From contig CM106586.1 of assembly GCA_048013815.1 (NCBI GenBank), positions 21,390,001 through 21,454,000 of the forward strand: a stretch of 64,000 nucleotides of DNA, given 5' to 3'. Of this stretch, positions 61,608-64,000 are shown piece after piece (position 1 is the first letter of the stretch; each line of letters opens with the position of its first letter). The translations under genes and the position numbers were made by a program. The notes beneath the pieces are model-generated. The model searched no databases. It saw only the letters and a list, made by a program, of their open reading frames with translations, and had not been told where the DNA came from. This stretch comes from Setoptus koraiensis. Taxonomy: Eukaryota; Animalia; Arthropoda.

Positions 61608-64000
61608 ATCCGATGCATCGCACTAATAAAGATTCCGCGTTTGTGGAGCGCGGCAAGTTTATCTCTTTGTTTTCATTGTGGCGAGTGGGTAGCGAGCCGA
61701 GCGCGGGAGCCCCACAACAGGGTGTTCATGCAATGTGCCATTGCCAGTTGAGTGGTCCACTATTATATAACAATTTATATAGAAGGTAGCACCGAGGCGA
61801 AGTGGCAAAATGAGAGAGGCGGCCCCAATTGAGCCGGTCGTGCTCAATTGAAGAACAATTACGCAATAGTCGCTGGCTAAAATATCGCGGCCCGCGATGA
61901 TGAGGCATCATTATTTGTGTCCGACGTGCTATTATATATATTTTATTTGGACGCTAAAACGGGGACGCGCACACCATGATAAAACGCCTGTCTGGCCGTG
62001 TGTTTTTTGCCCCATGAAGAGGGATGCTCCGTCTGCAGTTTGTTCAACAAACTTTGTTGGGGCCGGCAACCGGCAAGTTGATGATTGTGTTACCAAGTGG
62101 CGGCCGCAATTCTCTTCGTGGGGCCCATTGTTGTCAATGGTGGCGCTGTTGTTGTTGTCGTGCCACGACGGGTAACCGGGTGCTCGGGCCGGCCTCGCAT
62201 GTCGCTTTGTCGCGGCGACAACTCGCTAGGTGGGCCCCGCCGATCAAATCGATCGCTGTCGTGGCAACACAACTGGCGAGCCGCCAGCGAACATGATTAA
62301 ATCAAGCTGATGGGCCCCTGTCTCAACTCTTCGGTTTCCAGCAAAACAGCGCGAGCAGCGGCGCACACAGCGAGCTAAGTGCTCAATGATTAGAAGCATC
62401 TCTCTCGTCTGCCAGGCGCCTCTTTCAGGCCGCGACGCTGGCTGGGGCCTGCGACGCGCCGGGAAATGTCATCGCCGCCACGACATTCCTACTGGGCCTC
62501 AGTGGGAAGCTGGCGCGGCGCGGCGCGTTAATTCACTCGCCGATTGTTGTTGCCGTTTCTCCACTTGGAGGCTCGCCGGCGGAGACACGCGGGCTGACAC
62601 ACTCAATCTAGCCGATCTAACCGACATAGTTGTGCATGCTCCTTGGGCCCCCTGTTTTTTCTCTGGCCCCGCCGATTTGTCGCAAAACGTATGTTCGCTG
62701 TTGGGCTGTTTAATTGGTATTGTTGGCTCGCAAACGAACGATTGAGCTCGCCAACTGACAACAACCGATTCGGCCAGCGGGCCCCTCCTATAATGTCAAT
62801 CATGGGCCCAAATCGATATATTCTGGTTGCAGCCGCTGGCTGTTTCTGGCGCACCAGAATCCGTGTGCCCCCGCCAGGGCAACACACTCACGGACGAATG
62901 CACCGAATGCACTTGCCATGGCGCCCAACGGATATGAATTTATTGGCTAGTAGTGGGCCTCGTTGTGATACTTTTTCGCATTGGCCCGTGTCAATTGGAA
63001 TTGCTTCGTTTTCTGGCGGCGATTTCGGGCGCCAATTGGGGCCCATCTCTAATGTGTGTCGGGCAATTATCGCCGCCGCTCGGCTGCTTGTCGCCGGCGT
63101 TTCGGGCCGGCTAAGCGGCGGGGCGCCAACAGTTGAGAGCCGCCTCGTGGCAGCACCTGTGAATGAATGATGATAACAGCGCGCGCTTCGGTGCCACCGA
63201 AGGGGCGACGCGGCTCACAAGGTGACGCGCACTCTGTTGTTTATGTGTTGTTGTTGTTGTTGTCATCGTTATTGGCCCTCACAATGATCGATTCAATTAT
63301 CCATGTTGTCCGACAAGCGATGACATAATACTGGCAAGTCATTCGTCGTCAGCGCAAACAATGCTTGCCAGTGGTGCACTTGGTGAATCGCTGGCTTCCA
63401 ATCCGTCGTATTATCCCAACATCATCCCCACCTTGCTCGCGCCTCCACTGTTTTCTATGCACGTGACACGTGCTATACCGGCATAATACGGTATAAATAT
63501 TTAATTACGCCCCAATATCCGAAATTAATGCATGTTATACTAGGTGCGCTCGGCAATATATTCATTGCCACTGTGTGGTGCCTGTCGCCAACGGGCCCCC
63601 AAATCTCGTCGGCTGATCATGGGCCCGACTACAATCGTAGATGCACTAATTAATACGTACAGACGTGGCAATTTGTGGCCTGGAAATTTCGCATTATTAT
63701 TCGCACCTCACGCGCCTTGCCTGATGCTCGATCACGTCGTATCACTAACGACGATGCCGATGAAAATTGTTTCGCATGTCAGCGGGCACCTCTAACGAAT
63801 TGCATTCACTGTGGGCACATTGGGCCATAAATATCACGTCACGACGAGCTCGATCGAATCCGTCCGAATTTGCCGAGAGCAAAATATACGAACACTTGGC
63901 AACATTCATTCGCTAATCGGCTTCACCCAAGCGGAGATTCGTGATCCTTTATGCAAGGCACAAACCAAGTGGAATAAGTCACAGAAAAGAGCATGCATAA

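Noticed and set aside
59410-63795. ORFs downstream of the BMP-like exon as the mature TGF-beta domain
   Set aside because: None shows the seven-cysteine knot or the LYVDF...GW motif; the region is treated as intron.

Overview
Eukaryotic (arthropod) genomic DNA. The short intergenic gaps and many intronless orthologues suggest a compact acariform mite genome (inference only). The window has two compartments. GC-rich, largely non-coding tracts occupy about 1-20 kb, 24-26 kb and 59.3-64 kb. A gene-dense, more AT-rich block occupies about 20-59 kb. Recognisable genes, in order: a pikachurin/SP2353-like EGF-LamG gene that has an apparent 17.4-kb intron and seems to stop after one LamG domain; a highly divergent Axin-like gene; two orphan ORFs (one secreted, one with a histone H3 tail-like motif); lin-7; a seven-exon four-TM gene invisible in the ORF track; Mnt; tRNA-Arg(TCG); a tandem pair of orphan secreted proteins; PGAP2; SLC12A9; a PCTAIRE-scaffold CDK carrying a PFTAIRE motif; an ELOVL-FAR-ELOVL lipid cluster; a recent chimeric copy of SLC12A9 and CDK fragments; and the first coding exon of a TGF-beta/BMP (ADMP-like) precursor. 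All assignments come from manual motif recognition and splice-phase checks; no database search was run.
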